64,000 bases of DNA from an uncultured delta proteobacterium (GCA_963827685.1 CAWHBU010000003.1:416001-480000), one strand, 5' to 3'. Counted from the stretch's first letter, positions 10,696-22,712 are shown. The notes: generated by a model not told the origin, from the sequence alone. Numbers and translations are program-made.

Positions 10696-10883
10696 ACATT
10701 CATGAAATGGAAGAGTTTATCCCTTCAAGAACAGCCCTAACCGTCTCAGAAGATGAATGACAGGGGGGCGAGAATCTCGAACCACAGTTCTTTGACGAGG
10801 TCGCTTTCTCTGGGGCGGATTAAATGACAGGAGACTATTGGGCGACCTATCCCAAGAGCGGGGTATCTTAAGGTGCCGAAAGC

Positions 10884-12263
10884 ATGAGTATAATAAATCC
10901 CGACCCTCCCGATATGGATCAATCCAGATTGATGAATCGCCAGAAGCGGGCCGTGGTGAGAACCAGTCTATATGTAGGCATGCCCCTTTTGTGCGCCATG
11001 GCGATATACAATCTCATAAAAGGCAATCACTTCTCGTCAGTCTTGATCTGTGCAATGCTTCTGATCGTGATCCTTTTGGGCTTTGCGACCAGGAGGAGAA
11101 TCGGTGAGAAATTCGAGTATAAGATCTACTCAATTCTTTTTAGACTGTTTATTGCAGGAGTTGGTATTGCGCTTTTCTACCAGATTGGTTTCCAATCGAA
11201 TTTTAGTCGAATAGGATGGTGTTACCTCTTTCCCCTCCTGGTCTTCTTTGTAGTCCGCACAGGGGAGGGTATAATCTGGGTGTCCATTTTCTATGGGATT
11301 TTAGCATTCTTAATACTCAATTTTGATTTACAAAGGATCACGCTATTTCAACTTCAGGAATTGAGATATCGATTTTTAATTTCACTTTTTGTTGTGTGCA
11401 TCCTATCTCTCCTCTTGGAACATGGATTCCGCCACGCCCAGCAGAGATGGCTCAACCATCAGCGCAACCTTAAAGAATCCGAAAATCGCTATCGGCAAGC
11501 CTACGAACAACTGAACACTCAGATGCAGGAGCGGAAGCGGGCCGAGGAGGCACTGAAAGAGAAAACTGAGGAACTGGCCCGGTCAAATAGAGACTTAGAG
11601 CAATTTGCCTATGTGGCCTCCCACGACCTCCAGGAACCGTTGCGAATGGTGGCGAGTTATGTCCAGCTGCTGGCCAGGCGATACAAGGGCAAGCTCGACT
11701 CCGATGCCGACGAGTTCATCGGCTTTGCTGGGGACGGAGCCGTTCGCATGTGGAAGCTGATCAATGCCCTGCTGGCTTACTCCCGGGTTGGGACTTGGGG
11801 TAAGGAACTCGAGCCCACCGACTGCGAGACAGTCCTCAACCAATCTCTCAATAACCTGAAGCTGACGATTGAGGAAAACGGGGCCCTCGTGACCCATGAC
11901 CCCCTTCCAACGGTGATGGCCGATAACCCGCAACTGGTCCAGTTGTTTCAAAACCTGATCGGAAACGCAATCAAGTTTCGGGGAGCCGAACCGCCTCGCG
12001 TTCACGTCTCGGCCAGCCGAAACGGCAACGGGTGGACCTTTTCCGTACGCGATAATGGGATTGGCATTGCCCCGGAGTATGCCAAGCGCATTTTCATCAT
12101 CTTTCAGCGGCTTCACAGCAGGGAGAAGTTTGGTGGCACCGGCGTCGGTCTGGCGATATGCCAAAAGATTGTGGAGCGACACGGAGGACGCATCTGGGTC
12201 GAGTCAGAGGTTGGAAAAGGCGCGACCTTTTCCTTCACCCTTCCGAGGGGAGGACAGCCATAA
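10884..12263 (+). CDS. Membrane sensor histidine kinase (Cph1-like HisKA/HATPase)
   Basis: Multi-TM N-terminus; FAYVASHDLQEPLR H-box; NLIGNAIKF, DNGIG, GTGVGL. Confidence 0.93.
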   Translation: MSIINPDPPDMDQSRLMNRQKRAVVRTSLYVGMPLLCAMAIYNLIKGNHFSSVLICAMLLIVILLGFATRRRIGEKFEYKIYSILFRLFIAGVGIALFYQIGFQSNFSRIGWCYLFPLLVFFVVRTGEGIIWVSIFYGILAFLILNFDLQRITLFQLQELRYRFLISLFVVCILSLLLEHGFRHAQQRWLNHQRNLKESENRYRQAYEQLNTQMQERKRAEEALKEKTEELARSNRDLEQFAYVASHDLQEPLRMVASYVQLLARRYKGKLDSDADEFIGFAGDGAVRMWKLINALLAYSRVGTWGKELEPTDCETVLNQSLNNLKLTIEENGALVTHDPLPTVMADNPQLVQLFQNLIGNAIKFRGAEPPRVHVSASRNGNGWTFSVRDNGIGIAPEYAKRIFIIFQRLHSREKFGGTGVGLAICQKIVERHGGRIWVESEVGKGATFSFTLPRGGQP

Positions 12264-12449
12264 ACACGAATGCGGACACTCGCGCTGTCTGTTGTCGCGT
12301 GTTGGATGAGAGCGTGTGAACGATATCTGGAATTCCTTTTAGAGGAATGGACCAGCAGGAAAAGTTTGCGAAGTTTTGGACAGAGAATTTGAACCCACTA
12401 TTTCAAATGATTTGATTTCGTTTTCAGTTTTTTATTGGGATAGAGGCCT

Positions 12450-15032
12450 ATGCGTAACAGTCGGATTTCTCAGAGGTTAGACATTGGGCATTTTCTTCGA
12501 TACTTAGCGCCCCTTCCAGACGTCTCTCCAAATCGTCCTCCCGATCCTGAGCAGATTCGCCCAAGAAACATCCTTCGTTTCATCTCCATCACTGCAATCA
12601 TGTGCCTCATTCCTCTCGGCCTACTTGCTTTAGTAGAGAAAAATATACCCGTGGGAATAGCGGACCTATTTTTGGCAGTTATCCTCATCGCAAACATTCT
12701 TCACGGGCGACGATACAGGCAGTACACCTTTAACATCTACTTAGGTGTTTCCTTAGCAGCCATGCTTTTTGTTTACATGTTCCTTACCGGTGCGATGAGC
12801 AGGAGTGGATTTGTCTGGTATTATACTTTCCCTATAATAGCATGTTTCCTCCTTGGGTCTAAGAAAGGGGCGATAGCCACTTTCTTGATATTCCTACCCG
12901 TGGTCGTCCTTTTTCTGGTCAAAACCCCTCCCTCCATCTTCGCTGACTATGGCCTCGATTTCAAGTTAAGATTCATCTCTTCCTTTTCTGTGGTTTTTGC
13001 CTTTTCCTACTTATTCGAATACTCACGGGAGAAGAATCGTGAAGAACTTCAGAGAACACATGATGATCTGCAAATGCGATTTGACGAGCGGACCTCGGCC
13101 TTACATGCCTTGGAAGAAGCGATTCAGTCATTGCAAAAGGAAATGAGCGAGCGCCGTCGGGCAGAGGAGGCCCTGCGCCAGAGTGAGGAGAAATATCGAA
13201 CCATTTTCGAAAACATCGAGGATGGATATTACGAAGTAGACCTTGCCGGCAAGTTTACCTTTTTTAACGATTCGATGTGCCGAATCTATGGATATCCAAG
13301 AGAAGAATTCATGGGCATTAGTTACCGGCAGTATACAGATCAAGAGACCGCAAAGGAAGTATTTCAAGCATATAATAGAGTTTACAGGACTGGAGAACCC
13401 GGCAGAGGGTTTGATCATGATATTATCAGGAAAGATGGAACGAAGGGACACATTGAGGCATCCATATCGTTACTAAAAGATTCATCCAGCAAACCCATAG
13501 GGTTTAGAGGGATTATCCGGGACGTCACTGAGCGCAAGCGGACGGAAGAAGCATTGCGAGAATCTGAGAATAAGTTCAGGGATTTAGCAGAAAAGTCGCT
13601 GGTTGGCGTTTACCTTATACAGGATGGTGTCTTCAAGTACGTCAATGCAAGGTTAGCTGAAATAAACGGTTATGCGGCTGAGGAACTGATCGATAAAAAG
13701 GGGCCAAAAGATTTTATTTTCCCGGAAGACTGGCCTACGGTAGAAGAAAACATCGGAAAACGATTATCCGGTGAGATTGAATCCCTCCATTCTGAATTCA
13801 GAGCAATTACAAAAGATAACAGAATTATCAACGTTGAGGTCTATGGCTCTCGCACTATGTATCGGGGAAGGCCCGCGGTCGTAGGGACACTGTTAGACAT
13901 TACCGACCGCAAGCTAGCAGAAGAGAAGCTTCGGGAAAGTGAGGAGAAATATCGAACCATTCTTGAAAACATCGAAGATGGATATTACGAAGCAGACCTT
14001 GCCGGTAATTTTACCTTTTTCAACGATTCAATGTGCCGAATATCGAGGACCCCAAGAGAGGAATTGATGGGCATGAATAACCGGCAGTATACAGATAAAG
14101 AGAACGCAAGGAAAGTGTTTCAAATTTTTAATAAAGTCTACAGAACAGGGGAACCCGATAGAGAATTGGATTGGGAAATTATAAGAAAAGATGGGACCAA
14201 AGGATACGTTGAGGCGTCTGTATCGTTGCAAAAAGATTCCTCAGGTAAGCCGATAGGGTTTAGAGGGATCGCACGGGACGTCACCGAACGGAAGCGGGCA
14301 GAGGAGGCCCTGAGAGAGAAAACTGAGGAACTGGCCCGGTCAAATAAAGACTTGGAGCAATTTGCCTATGTGGCCTCCCACGACCTCCAGGAGCCGCTGC
14401 GCATGGTGACGAGTTATATCCGGTTGCTTGCCAGACGATACAAAGGTAAGCTCGACTCCGATGCCGACGAGTTCATTAGCTTTGCCGTGGACGGGGCCAT
14501 TCGCATGTGGAAGCTGATCAATGACCTGCTGACCTACTCCCGGGTAGGGATGCCGGGCCAGGAACTCGAGCCCACCGACTGCGAGACGGTCCTCAACCAA
14601 TCCCTCAACAATCTGAAGGTAGCCATTGAGGAAAACGGGGCCGTCGTAACCCATGACCCCCTTCCGACGGTTATGGGCGACAACCCGCAGTTGGTACAGT
14701 TGTTTCAAAACCTGATCGGAAACGCAATCAAGTTCCGGGGGAACGAACCGCCCCATGTTCACGTCTCGGCCAGCCGAAATGGCAACGGGTGGATCTTCTC
14801 CGTACGCGACAACGGGATTGGCATCGCTCCGGAGTATACCGAGCGTATTTTCAACCTCTTTCAGCGGCTTCACAGCCGAGAGGAATATCCCGGCACCGGT
14901 ATCGGTCTGGCGGTATGCCAAAAGATAGTGGAAGAACACAGAGGACGCATCTGGGTAGAGTCAGAGGTTGGAAAGGGAGCCACCTTTTACTTCATCCTTC
15001 CGGCAAGTAGGGCGGAGCCGCTTTCTTCATAA
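12450..15032 (+). CDS. Membrane multi-PAS sensor histidine kinase
   Basis: TM region, three PAS/PAC modules, kinase core nearly identical to the upstream gene. Confidence 0.93.
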   Translation: MRNSRISQRLDIGHFLRYLAPLPDVSPNRPPDPEQIRPRNILRFISITAIMCLIPLGLLALVEKNIPVGIADLFLAVILIANILHGRRYRQYTFNIYLGVSLAAMLFVYMFLTGAMSRSGFVWYYTFPIIACFLLGSKKGAIATFLIFLPVVVLFLVKTPPSIFADYGLDFKLRFISSFSVVFAFSYLFEYSREKNREELQRTHDDLQMRFDERTSALHALEEAIQSLQKEMSERRRAEEALRQSEEKYRTIFENIEDGYYEVDLAGKFTFFNDSMCRIYGYPREEFMGISYRQYTDQETAKEVFQAYNRVYRTGEPGRGFDHDIIRKDGTKGHIEASISLLKDSSSKPIGFRGIIRDVTERKRTEEALRESENKFRDLAEKSLVGVYLIQDGVFKYVNARLAEINGYAAEELIDKKGPKDFIFPEDWPTVEENIGKRLSGEIESLHSEFRAITKDNRIINVEVYGSRTMYRGRPAVVGTLLDITDRKLAEEKLRESEEKYRTILENIEDGYYEADLAGNFTFFNDSMCRISRTPREELMGMNNRQYTDKENARKVFQIFNKVYRTGEPDRELDWEIIRKDGTKGYVEASVSLQKDSSGKPIGFRGIARDVTERKRAEEALREKTEELARSNKDLEQFAYVASHDLQEPLRMVTSYIRLLARRYKGKLDSDADEFISFAVDGAIRMWKLINDLLTYSRVGMPGQELEPTDCETVLNQSLNNLKVAIEENGAVVTHDPLPTVMGDNPQLVQLFQNLIGNAIKFRGNEPPHVHVSASRNGNGWIFSVRDNGIGIAPEYTERIFNLFQRLHSREEYPGTGIGLAVCQKIVEEHRGRIWVESEVGKGATFYFILPASRAEPLSS

Positions 15033-15191
15033 TCATTCATGGAGGAGGTGTCACCCTAACACCGTGATAATTTTTGCCTGAAGGTGAGGTACAACAAAAC
15101 CGAATTTGTGAGGACCCGTGGAACGGACACGCTATTTTCTCTGTAATGTTTCAAGGGGTCAGGGTTTAAATGAATGGATAGGGGAGAAAGA

Positions 15192-15653
15192 ATGGAACTG
15201 GAGAGAAGATGTCAACCTGTGGAGATTTTATTGGTGGAGGACAATCCGGGTGACGTTCGCCTTACCCTGGAGGCCTTCAGGGAAGGAAAGATACACAACC
15301 ATCTGAGTGTGGTCAGTGACGGGGTCGAAGCCCTGGCCTTCCTGCACAGGGAAGGGCGTTATATCAATGTCCCTCGGCCGGACCTCATTTTACTCGATCT
15401 TAACCTGCCCAAAAAGGATGGCCGCGAGGTCCTTGCCGAGATCAAAAGGGAGGAATATCTGAAGCGAATTCCTATCGTGGTGCTGACCACCTCGAATGCG
15501 GAGAAGGATATCTTGGAAACCTATGGCCTCCGTGCGAGCTGCTACATCACCAAGCCAGTGGACTTCGTGCAGTTCGTCACCGTCGTCAAATTAATAGAGG
15601 ATTTCTGGTTCAGCATCGTTAAGCTGCCAAAGAGTGGAGACGCCGATGTCTGA
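15192..15653 (+). CDS. Single-domain response regulator (Rcp1-like)
   Basis: [30 protein letters not shown]; start could be 15174. Confidence 0.9.
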   Translation: MELERRCQPVEILLVEDNPGDVRLTLEAFREGKIHNHLSVVSDGVEALAFLHREGRYINVPRPDLILLDLNLPKKDGREVLAEIKREEYLKRIPIVVLTTSNAEKDILETYGLRASCYITKPVDFVQFVTVVKLIEDFWFSIVKLPKSGDADV

Positions 15654-17907
15654 TTTTGAAAGCACAGGAGAGAAACCGTCAGATGTCCTTTATCACCAGC
15701 CTGAGATCATCCAGGTGCTGCTGATCGAGGATAACCCTGGAGATACTCGTTTGGTGAAAGAGATGCTGGTCGATGCAGGGGCCAGCAAGTTCAGCCTAAC
15801 CCATGTGGGGCTCCTCAGCGAAGGTCTGTCCCTCCTCAGGAATGAAAGTCATCACGTCATCCTGCTCGACCTGTCACTGCCGGATGGACATGGCCTCGAT
15901 ACCGTCAGACAGGTGTGTGCCGTGGCTCCTCATTTGCCCGTTGTCATCTTAACCGGTCTCGACGATGAAACGATTGCCATCCGAGCTGTCCAGGAAGGAG
16001 CAGAGGACTATCTGGTCAAGGGTCAGATGGACGGCAATCTGCTGGCACGGGCCGTCCGGCACGCGATTGAACGGAAGCGAGCAGAAGAGGCCCTGCGGGA
16101 AAGTGAGGAGAGATACCGAACCATTCTCGAAAACGTCGAAGATGGTTACTACGAAGTCGACCTTGCCGGCAACTTAACTTTTTTCAACGATTCAATGTGC
16201 CGAATATCGGGGATCCCAAGAGAGGAATTGATGGGCATGAATAACCGGCAGTATTCAGATCAAGAGAACGCAGAAAAAGTGTTTCAAGCTTTCAATGAAG
16301 TCTACAGAACAGGGGAACCCCGTAGAGAATGTGATTGGGAGATTATAAGAAGAAATGGGAGCAAAGGATGTGTGGAGGCATCTATATTATTACGAAAAGA
16401 CGCATCCGGTAAACCGATCGGGTTTAGAGGGATTGTACGGGACATCACCGAGCGCAAGCGGACAGAAGAACTACTGCGGGAGAGTGAGGAGAAATTCCGC
16501 CAGCTGGCAGAGAACATCCGTGAGGTTTTCTATATATCCGAACAGGAGTACATCCGATACGTCAGCCCCGCTTATATGGAAATTTGGGGGCGACCACCTC
16601 AAAATCTCTACGAAGAGCCAAAATCCATTTTGGATACTGTCCACCCAGAGGATAGAGATCGTGTGAAGAGATCTTTAGAGAAGAAAAGCCAAGGAGAGGC
16701 TGAGGAGGTTTACCGTATTGTGCGTCCGGATGGATCCATCCGCTGGATCAAAGACCGCTCCTTTCCGATTTATGATGATTCGGGGGAGACGCTCCGTGTG
16801 GTCGGCATTGCAGCAGATATCACGGACCTTAAACTGGGGGAAGAAAAATTGAAATATCTGAGTTTACATGATTCTCTTACCGGACTCTATAACCGCATCT
16901 ACTTCGAGGAGGAGATGAGCCGGATAGAAAGAGGCCGATATAATGCGGTAGGAATCCTATCGTGTGATGTGGATGGGCTCAAGCTTGTCAATGATACCTT
17001 GGGACACGATCAAGGGGATAGCCTGCTGGTAGCCGCTGCCAGGGTGATCAAGGAATGCTTCCGTGAGGGAGATTTGGTGGCCAGGATTGGCGGGGATGAA
17101 TTTTCTATCGTACTTCCGGACACGACGGAACCTGCCGTTGAAAACGCCTGTCAGAGGATTCAGGAGGCGGTCACAAGCTACAACGCCACCAACCCGGAAC
17201 TTCCCTTGAGTATCTCTGTTGGATTCGCCGTCAGCGATGGAGCTGATAGAAACCTAAAAGACCTTTTTAAAGAAGCGGATAATTGCATGTACCGGAAAAA
17301 GCTTTATCGTTCACAGAGCGTCCGCAGCACCATTGTCAACACTCTGATCAGTACACTGCAAGCAAGGGATCTTTCTATCGAGCAACATATTATTCGTGTG
17401 GAAAAGTTATTAGTCAGCGTGGCTGCCTTCATCGGACTACCGGAGTCCACGAGGTCTGACTTATCCCTCTTAGCGAAATTTCATGACATCGGCAAAGTGG
17501 GGGTCTCTGACTCGATCCTCTTCAAGGAAGGCCCCCTCACTCCCGAGGAGTGGACGGAGATGAAGCGACATTGTGAGATTGGTTATCGTATTGCCCTCTC
17601 GGCCCCCGAGCTCATACCGATTGCTGATTGGATCCTCAAACACCATGAGTGGTGGAATGGTCAGGGCTATCCTCTCGGCATCGAAGGAGAAGAAATCCCC
17701 GTAGAGTGCCGTTTGTTGGCCATTGCTGACGCTTATGAAGCGCTCACCAGTGTTCGTCCTTATGGAAGGATATTTTCCCATGGGGAGGCTGTGGCTGAAC
17801 TCTTGAGTCATTCTGGAACACAGTTTGACCCGAAGCTTTTGGAAAAGTTTGTGCAGATGTTAGAACCACAGTCCCTTGAGCCAGAGTTTCACCCACCCGC
17901 AATTTGA
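15646..17907 (+). CDS. REC-PAS-PAS-GGDEF-HD-GYP hybrid (diguanylate cyclase/phosphodiesterase)
   Basis: REC domain; REGD I-site then ARIGGDEF; HDIGK and [11 protein letters not shown]. Confidence 0.92.
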   Translation: MSDFESTGEKPSDVLYHQPEIIQVLLIEDNPGDTRLVKEMLVDAGASKFSLTHVGLLSEGLSLLRNESHHVILLDLSLPDGHGLDTVRQVCAVAPHLPVVILTGLDDETIAIRAVQEGAEDYLVKGQMDGNLLARAVRHAIERKRAEEALRESEERYRTILENVEDGYYEVDLAGNLTFFNDSMCRISGIPREELMGMNNRQYSDQENAEKVFQAFNEVYRTGEPRRECDWEIIRRNGSKGCVEASILLRKDASGKPIGFRGIVRDITERKRTEELLRESEEKFRQLAENIREVFYISEQEYIRYVSPAYMEIWGRPPQNLYEEPKSILDTVHPEDRDRVKRSLEKKSQGEAEEVYRIVRPDGSIRWIKDRSFPIYDDSGETLRVVGIAADITDLKLGEEKLKYLSLHDSLTGLYNRIYFEEEMSRIERGRYNAVGILSCDVDGLKLVNDTLGHDQGDSLLVAAARVIKECFREGDLVARIGGDEFSIVLPDTTEPAVENACQRIQEAVTSYNATNPELPLSISVGFAVSDGADRNLKDLFKEADNCMYRKKLYRSQSVRSTIVNTLISTLQARDLSIEQHIIRVEKLLVSVAAFIGLPESTRSDLSLLAKFHDIGKVGVSDSILFKEGPLTPEEWTEMKRHCEIGYRIALSAPELIPIADWILKHHEWWNGQGYPLGIEGEEIPVECRLLAIADAYEALTSVRPYGRIFSHGEAVAELLSHSGTQFDPKLLEKFVQMLEPQSLEPEFHPPAI

Positions 17908-17930
17908 AAATGAGAATGGGAGTAAACCAA

Positions 17931-18090
17931 GAAGTGAAGCTCCCCGGCCACAGCCCGGGACTTCCCGGGCACGCAGTGGCGAGAGGGATGCGAGCAAAGG
18001 AAATATCGTTTTAATTGTGCCCCTTCCTACCTGCCGGTAGGCAGGGACCCCACCTACAAGGCGGGGCTTGCGGGGGGCACTTGCCGGCCA
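17931..18090 (+). mobile_element. Non-autonomous MITE-like element, copy 1 (GAAGTGAAGCTCCCCGGCCA...GCCGGCCA)
   Basis: Homologous to the reverse complement of 34459-34590; holds a nested 20-bp palindrome. Confidence 0.7.
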
Positions 18091-18285
18091 GCCCTCTGCT
18101 CCCGTACGCGCCACATCGCCCAGGCCAAAAGACACACAAGTGTGAGAGAAAAAGGACACCTCTAATTCCTTCGACAACTCAGAAATCAAAAGAAAGAATC
18201 AAAAAGAATCTGTCAATATCCCAATTTCTCAAGCCCGCCGTTGCCAAACGGCCCGCAATTCTTTGTCCGAGAGATCTGGAAGGAA

Positions 18286-18933
18286 TCATATCTTGGCAGA
18301 CAGGAGCTTCGTCAGATTAATTTTCCACATCCCTTTTTCAAAGGACATCCGATAGGTCTCTGTACGAAATTTCGTCTCTCCTCCTTGGGTGGGTTTGAAG
18401 CCTATTTTTACCGCGGCATAGGCGAGGGTGGCGCTTTTCACATCGACTTGGATGTCCCGGATCGTCTCCCATGAAGAGGCTAATCCTATTCCTTTCTTTT
18501 TCATCCGGCGCCCAAAATCTTCCCTATTCACGGCTCTTCGGCTTTTTTGATCTCCATAGTCATACAGAACATCGTATTTCCCGTCTTTCCACAGGGAAAG
18601 GATCGTTTTAACCGAATCGATCACATCGCCTTCGATCCTGTCTCTATTGATTCTTTCCTTTTCTTTCACTGCAAGCCGGCCCTTTGCCCCTTTGCCATCT
18701 TGCTCCCTGGCCTTCACTTTCTCTTCCGGTTGTTTGGCTTCTTCCGGCACGGATCTCTTTTCAAGTCGGCCTCTGTACTCTTCGGGGACGCCTGATTCAT
18801 CTTCTGAAAAATGAACTGTCCCTTTCTCATCAACCCACTTGTAGACCTCCTTCGCCTGAGAGGGGCAAACGACAGGAAACAAAATCAGGGCTCCTATAAG
18901 GACCCAAGCTCTCATCACCTTTTTCATCATCAT
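18286..18933 (-). CDS. Exported DUF4124-like domain protein
   Basis: Signal peptide then VYKWVDEKGTVHFSE motif. Confidence 0.8.
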   Translation of the reverse strand: MMMKKVMRAWVLIGALILFPVVCPSQAKEVYKWVDEKGTVHFSEDESGVPEEYRGRLEKRSVPEEAKQPEEKVKAREQDGKGAKGRLAVKEKERINRDRIEGDVIDSVKTILSLWKDGKYDVLYDYGDQKSRRAVNREDFGRRMKKKGIGLASSWETIRDIQVDVKSATLAYAAVKIGFKPTQGGETKFRTETYRMSFEKGMWKINLTKLLSAKI

Positions 18934-19576
18934 GACCGATCCCCCCAGAAGGAATTCAATTCTCCGCCCTTTCTTGAATATCATATAAGGGCGAAGATGA
19001 ACAGCCCCTTGATAAGCATCATTTTCTTCGCGATGAGCTCTCACGCCGAAGATGGGCCGGCTGAGAAAGTATTAGATATGAAGAGATGAGCCTCCAGGCC
19101 ATTCCAAAGGAAAATCTCATTGAACCGGCGCTACTGCAAAAATTACGGCGCTCCAGAAAGAATGAGAGGTGATCTGGATCAGTAGATCTCTTTTCCAGAG
19201 ATACAGGATGAGGCCCCGGGGTCAAACTTGTTTATTGCTTCTATGGCAGCCACATGATAGTTCCCCGTAAACAAACCGAATATACATCAGCGAAAAGCAA
19301 ACTGCAAATAGATGATTTTTCAGTCCGTATGTTTATAATTTTATGGCCACTGCCTTTCCGGTTAAAGCTGCAACTCGAAATGTGAAAACGGGAAGAGAAT
19401 TGTAGAATAGGGGACATCGCTTTGTTTCACGAGCAGTGACAATTTTAAAACCTTGACACACAACCCGTCTTTTTCTTATACATAAAAGCGAGCCCTTATC
19501 CTTTAATTATCCCGCATAGGGTGGAGCGGGGTAACACAAGATAAATATTTTTGTGCACGCCACGAGGATGTGATCT

Positions 19577-20227
19577 ATGATTGATCTGCACACCCACTCC
19601 CTGTTTAGCGATGGAGAACTCATTCCCGCTGAGTTGGTCCGGAGGTTCGAGGTGGCAGGCTATAGAACCCTCGCTATCACCGACCATGGCGACCAGTCAA
19701 ATATCGACCTGATCATTCCCCGACTCGTGGCCTTTTGTGAGGAGGTCAACCGTCTGCAAGGGATTTGTCTTATTCCGGGGATCGAACTGACCCATCTGCG
19801 GCCTGAGACCATACCGGCCTTGGTCAGCAGGAGCAGGAAGTTAGGGGCGAGATTGGTGGTGGTTCACGGAGAGACTATTGTCGAGCCGGTAGCACCAGGG
19901 ACCAACAGAATGGCCATCGAGTCCTCTGCGGATATCCTGGCCCATCCAGGGCTGATCACAGAAGAGGAGGTCTTATTGGCCAAGGAACACTCTGTATACT
20001 TGGAGTTGACCTCGCGCAAAGGCCACTCGTTGACCAACGGTCATGTGGCCAAGCTGGCGCACAGGATGGGAGCCCCTATGATATTGAACAGCGACACCCA
20101 TGCCCCTGGCGATATCTGGCCAGTGGGTCGCCTGCATGAGATCGTCGTGGGGGCCGGTTTGACGGAGGACGACTACCACATCATGCTCAAAAATGCCGAA
20201 TCCATTGCAAACCGATGCCTGACCTAA
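19577..20227 (+). CDS. PHP-family phosphoesterase (histidinol-phosphatase-like)
   Basis: DLHTHS, ITDH, LAHPG, NSDTH. Confidence 0.88.
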   Translation: MIDLHTHSLFSDGELIPAELVRRFEVAGYRTLAITDHGDQSNIDLIIPRLVAFCEEVNRLQGICLIPGIELTHLRPETIPALVSRSRKLGARLVVVHGETIVEPVAPGTNRMAIESSADILAHPGLITEEEVLLAKEHSVYLELTSRKGHSLTNGHVAKLAHRMGAPMILNSDTHAPGDIWPVGRLHEIVVGAGLTEDDYHIMLKNAESIANRCLT

Positions 20228-20437
20228 ATGATATTCCAGACTGTAAAGACGGGTAGAAAATTATTTCCAGCAGAATTCTCGGAAGTATTGAGGGCTAAGA
20301 TTTAAGATTTTTTATCGCAGCCAGGTAATATTGGCCATTTCTCTAAGAAACAGTTCACATATTTTTATTGAATAAAAATATCGTCTAATTTGTTATTTCC
20401 TCAAAAATAGTAAATCAACGCCAAGTTGTTTCAGAGC

Positions 20438-21376
20438 CTACGTCCCCTTGATTTGTCTCGGGCGCTGTTTATATGGAGAAAAAGTTTCTGGGACAGGATT
20501 AAACGAGACCACGGCAATATTTTTATCGATGGGTATATATTCACTGATATAATGTTTCGCATGATAAATGGTTATCAATTTCTCAAAAAACAGAAGGACG
20601 GCGACAAAGAGAACTGACCCCCACGATTCAATTCTTCCTAATGCTCCAACCACATTGGACAAAAGAAGTATTAAGAGTAATCCTTCTGTGATAGCGTCCA
20701 TGATTCCTACGACGGGGTGCCCTGTATAAAAGTAGCCGCCGCCCGGGAACAATAGTGATAGTCTATTGGCGTCCTTCATATTTTTGAATTCAAGATGACA
20801 ATTTGGGCAGGAAAATATATCTTTTACAAGTGGGGTGACGCACCTTGGACACAGAAAATGTCTTTCCCCTACATTGGATGGCTGGTTTTTAATAAATAGA
20901 TGCTCTAACGTTCTAAGCTTTTTGAATTCTCTTGATTTGATGTAATAAAATTTTTCTTTCTTCCCGCTTTTATATTCTATCTTTAGCACCCGACCCAAAA
21001 ACCCACTCAGTTTAAATTCTTCGATATCCCCGTATCGAATTTGGGAAACCGAGTGTTTGGGCTTGAAATCGTGTTTCGTCGGGAAGTGCAAGATCCTCTT
21101 GTTCGTAAAAATAAGAACACATCGTTTCAAATAGTAAATAACCCAGCCTGTTGTCCATTGTTCGAGAAATGACATCGGAGAAGTTGCCTCTACCCCAAGC
21201 CAGATTTCTTCACCTGGCTCTAATAACGGCTTCAGAAAGGGGACAAATTTCGTAAGAATTTTCGCCTGATTCTCCATGATTTTTTCTTTAAATTCTTCTT
21301 TATGGTTTGAAAAACATATTTCCCTATTGATAGGCAAATCTAAACTATCAGGTTTCGGCATGTAATTGATCTTCAT
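20438..21376 (-). CDS. Hypothetical membrane protein with zinc ribbon
   Basis: CPRC...CPNC, C-terminal TM segments, AT-rich coding. Confidence 0.7.
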   Translation of the reverse strand: MKINYMPKPDSLDLPINREICFSNHKEEFKEKIMENQAKILTKFVPFLKPLLEPGEEIWLGVEATSPMSFLEQWTTGWVIYYLKRCVLIFTNKRILHFPTKHDFKPKHSVSQIRYGDIEEFKLSGFLGRVLKIEYKSGKKEKFYYIKSREFKKLRTLEHLFIKNQPSNVGERHFLCPRCVTPLVKDIFSCPNCHLEFKNMKDANRLSLLFPGGGYFYTGHPVVGIMDAITEGLLLILLLSNVVGALGRIESWGSVLFVAVLLFFEKLITIYHAKHYISEYIPIDKNIAVVSFNPVPETFSPYKQRPRQIKGT

Positions 21377-21461
21377 CTCTTCTCCTTTCCTCTGTTTCGT
21401 ATCTTACCCTACTCCAACCACGCGTTTTCATAGTCAAAAAGATCCCAGATTACATAATATA

Positions 21462-21478
21462 AGCAAATTCCTTGCCCA
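21462..21478 (-). promoter_or_regulatory. Possible sigma-54 promoter with upstream IHF-like site
   Basis: TGGGCAAGGAATTTGCT (GG-N10-GC); AATCAAAAACTTA near 21514. Confidence 0.45.
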
Positions 21479-21750
21479 ACAGTTAATATTTTCAAAAATT
21501 TTTAACTTGTTGAAATCAAAAACTTATTTTAATCTTTTTAGGTTGCTAATAACTCATCCCCGGAAAGAACCCACACATTCTTTAACCAGTTGACCATTTT
21601 TGTAAGCAATACCTACTAAATTTGGTTAGTTAGACGAATAGGACGGCTGGAATTATACGGGGATTTGAGATAACTTGAAGACTTCAGGTAACTCGCTTTC
21701 TGCTCTTCGCAATAACATTTCTTTCATTTCTATTTTGGGAAGAGAGGAGG

Positions 21751-21779
21751 TTGACAGTCCTATACTAATTTGATTTAAT
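21751..21779 (+). promoter_or_regulatory. Sigma-70 promoter for kdsB
   Basis: TTGACA-17 nt-TTTAAT with extended -10 TG. Confidence 0.65.
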
Positions 21780-21794
21780 TAAGACGGAGCTCAT

Positions 21795-22583
21795 ATGAGT
21801 AAGGTCCAAACCAAAATCTCTGCGGTTATCCCAGCGCGGTATGGGTCGAGTCGTTTTGAAGGGAAGCCCCTCGCCGACATTCTCGGCAAACCCATGATCC
21901 AATATGTCTACGAAGGAGTGCGCGAATCGAAACTGATTGATGAGGTGATTGTCGCTACAGATGATCAAAGAATAATGGAGGCTGTTAACTCCTTTGGCGG
22001 AAAAGCAGTCATGACCTCCCCAACTCACTTCACTGGAACAGACCGGGTGGCGGAGGTTGCCAAGAAACTTAAATCAGAAGTCGTCGTCAATGTCCAGGGA
22101 GATGAACCTCTGATCAAAGGAAATATTATTGATAAAGCGATTCGCCCTCTTCTCTCCGATGATACCCTCCAATTATCCACTCTGATGACCAGGATCGAGG
22201 AGGTGAGGGATTGGCTCAACCCCCATATCGTAAAGGTCGTTGTGGATCAAAAGAATTTCGCTCTCTATTTTTCCCGGTCTCCCATCCCCTTTCCCAGGGA
22301 TCTCCAAATTGAACGGTTAGAATCCAACCCCTTTGGAACGAATAGACCTCTCCCAAAGAGAGTGTTCAAACACATCGGTGTCTATGCATTCCGTCGAAAA
22401 TTCCTCCTCCTTTTTTCAAAGATGAAGCCCACCCCTCTTGAAAAACTTGAGAAACTCGAACAGCTTCGGGCATTAGAAAACGATTATCGTATAAAAGTCA
22501 ACCCTGTCGATTATGAACCCATATGCGTGGACACCCCTGAGGATATCCAAAAAGTAGAAGCCTTCCTTCTCTCCCCTCATTGA
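21795..22583 (+). CDS. kdsB: 3-deoxy-manno-octulosonate cytidylyltransferase
   Basis: IPARYGSSRFEGKPLA, NVQGDEP, EKLEQLRALE. Confidence 0.96.
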   Translation: MSKVQTKISAVIPARYGSSRFEGKPLADILGKPMIQYVYEGVRESKLIDEVIVATDDQRIMEAVNSFGGKAVMTSPTHFTGTDRVAEVAKKLKSEVVVNVQGDEPLIKGNIIDKAIRPLLSDDTLQLSTLMTRIEEVRDWLNPHIVKVVVDQKNFALYFSRSPIPFPRDLQIERLESNPFGTNRPLPKRVFKHIGVYAFRRKFLLLFSKMKPTPLEKLEKLEQLRALENDYRIKVNPVDYEPICVDTPEDIQKVEAFLLSPH

Positions 22584-22712
22584 GGCTCATCCGCCCAAAC
22601 TGATTTTTCGCTAAAATAGTTTTAGTCCAGGGAAAATAATTTTCTATTGATTTCATCAATTCATGGATTATAATGGTTGGGTACGGCACAAATCGAAAGG
22701 AGGTGATACTGA

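Noticed and set aside
15646-17907. Hypr-type cGAMP synthase
   Set aside because: GHDQGD keeps the canonical Asp and the riboswitch discriminator is G
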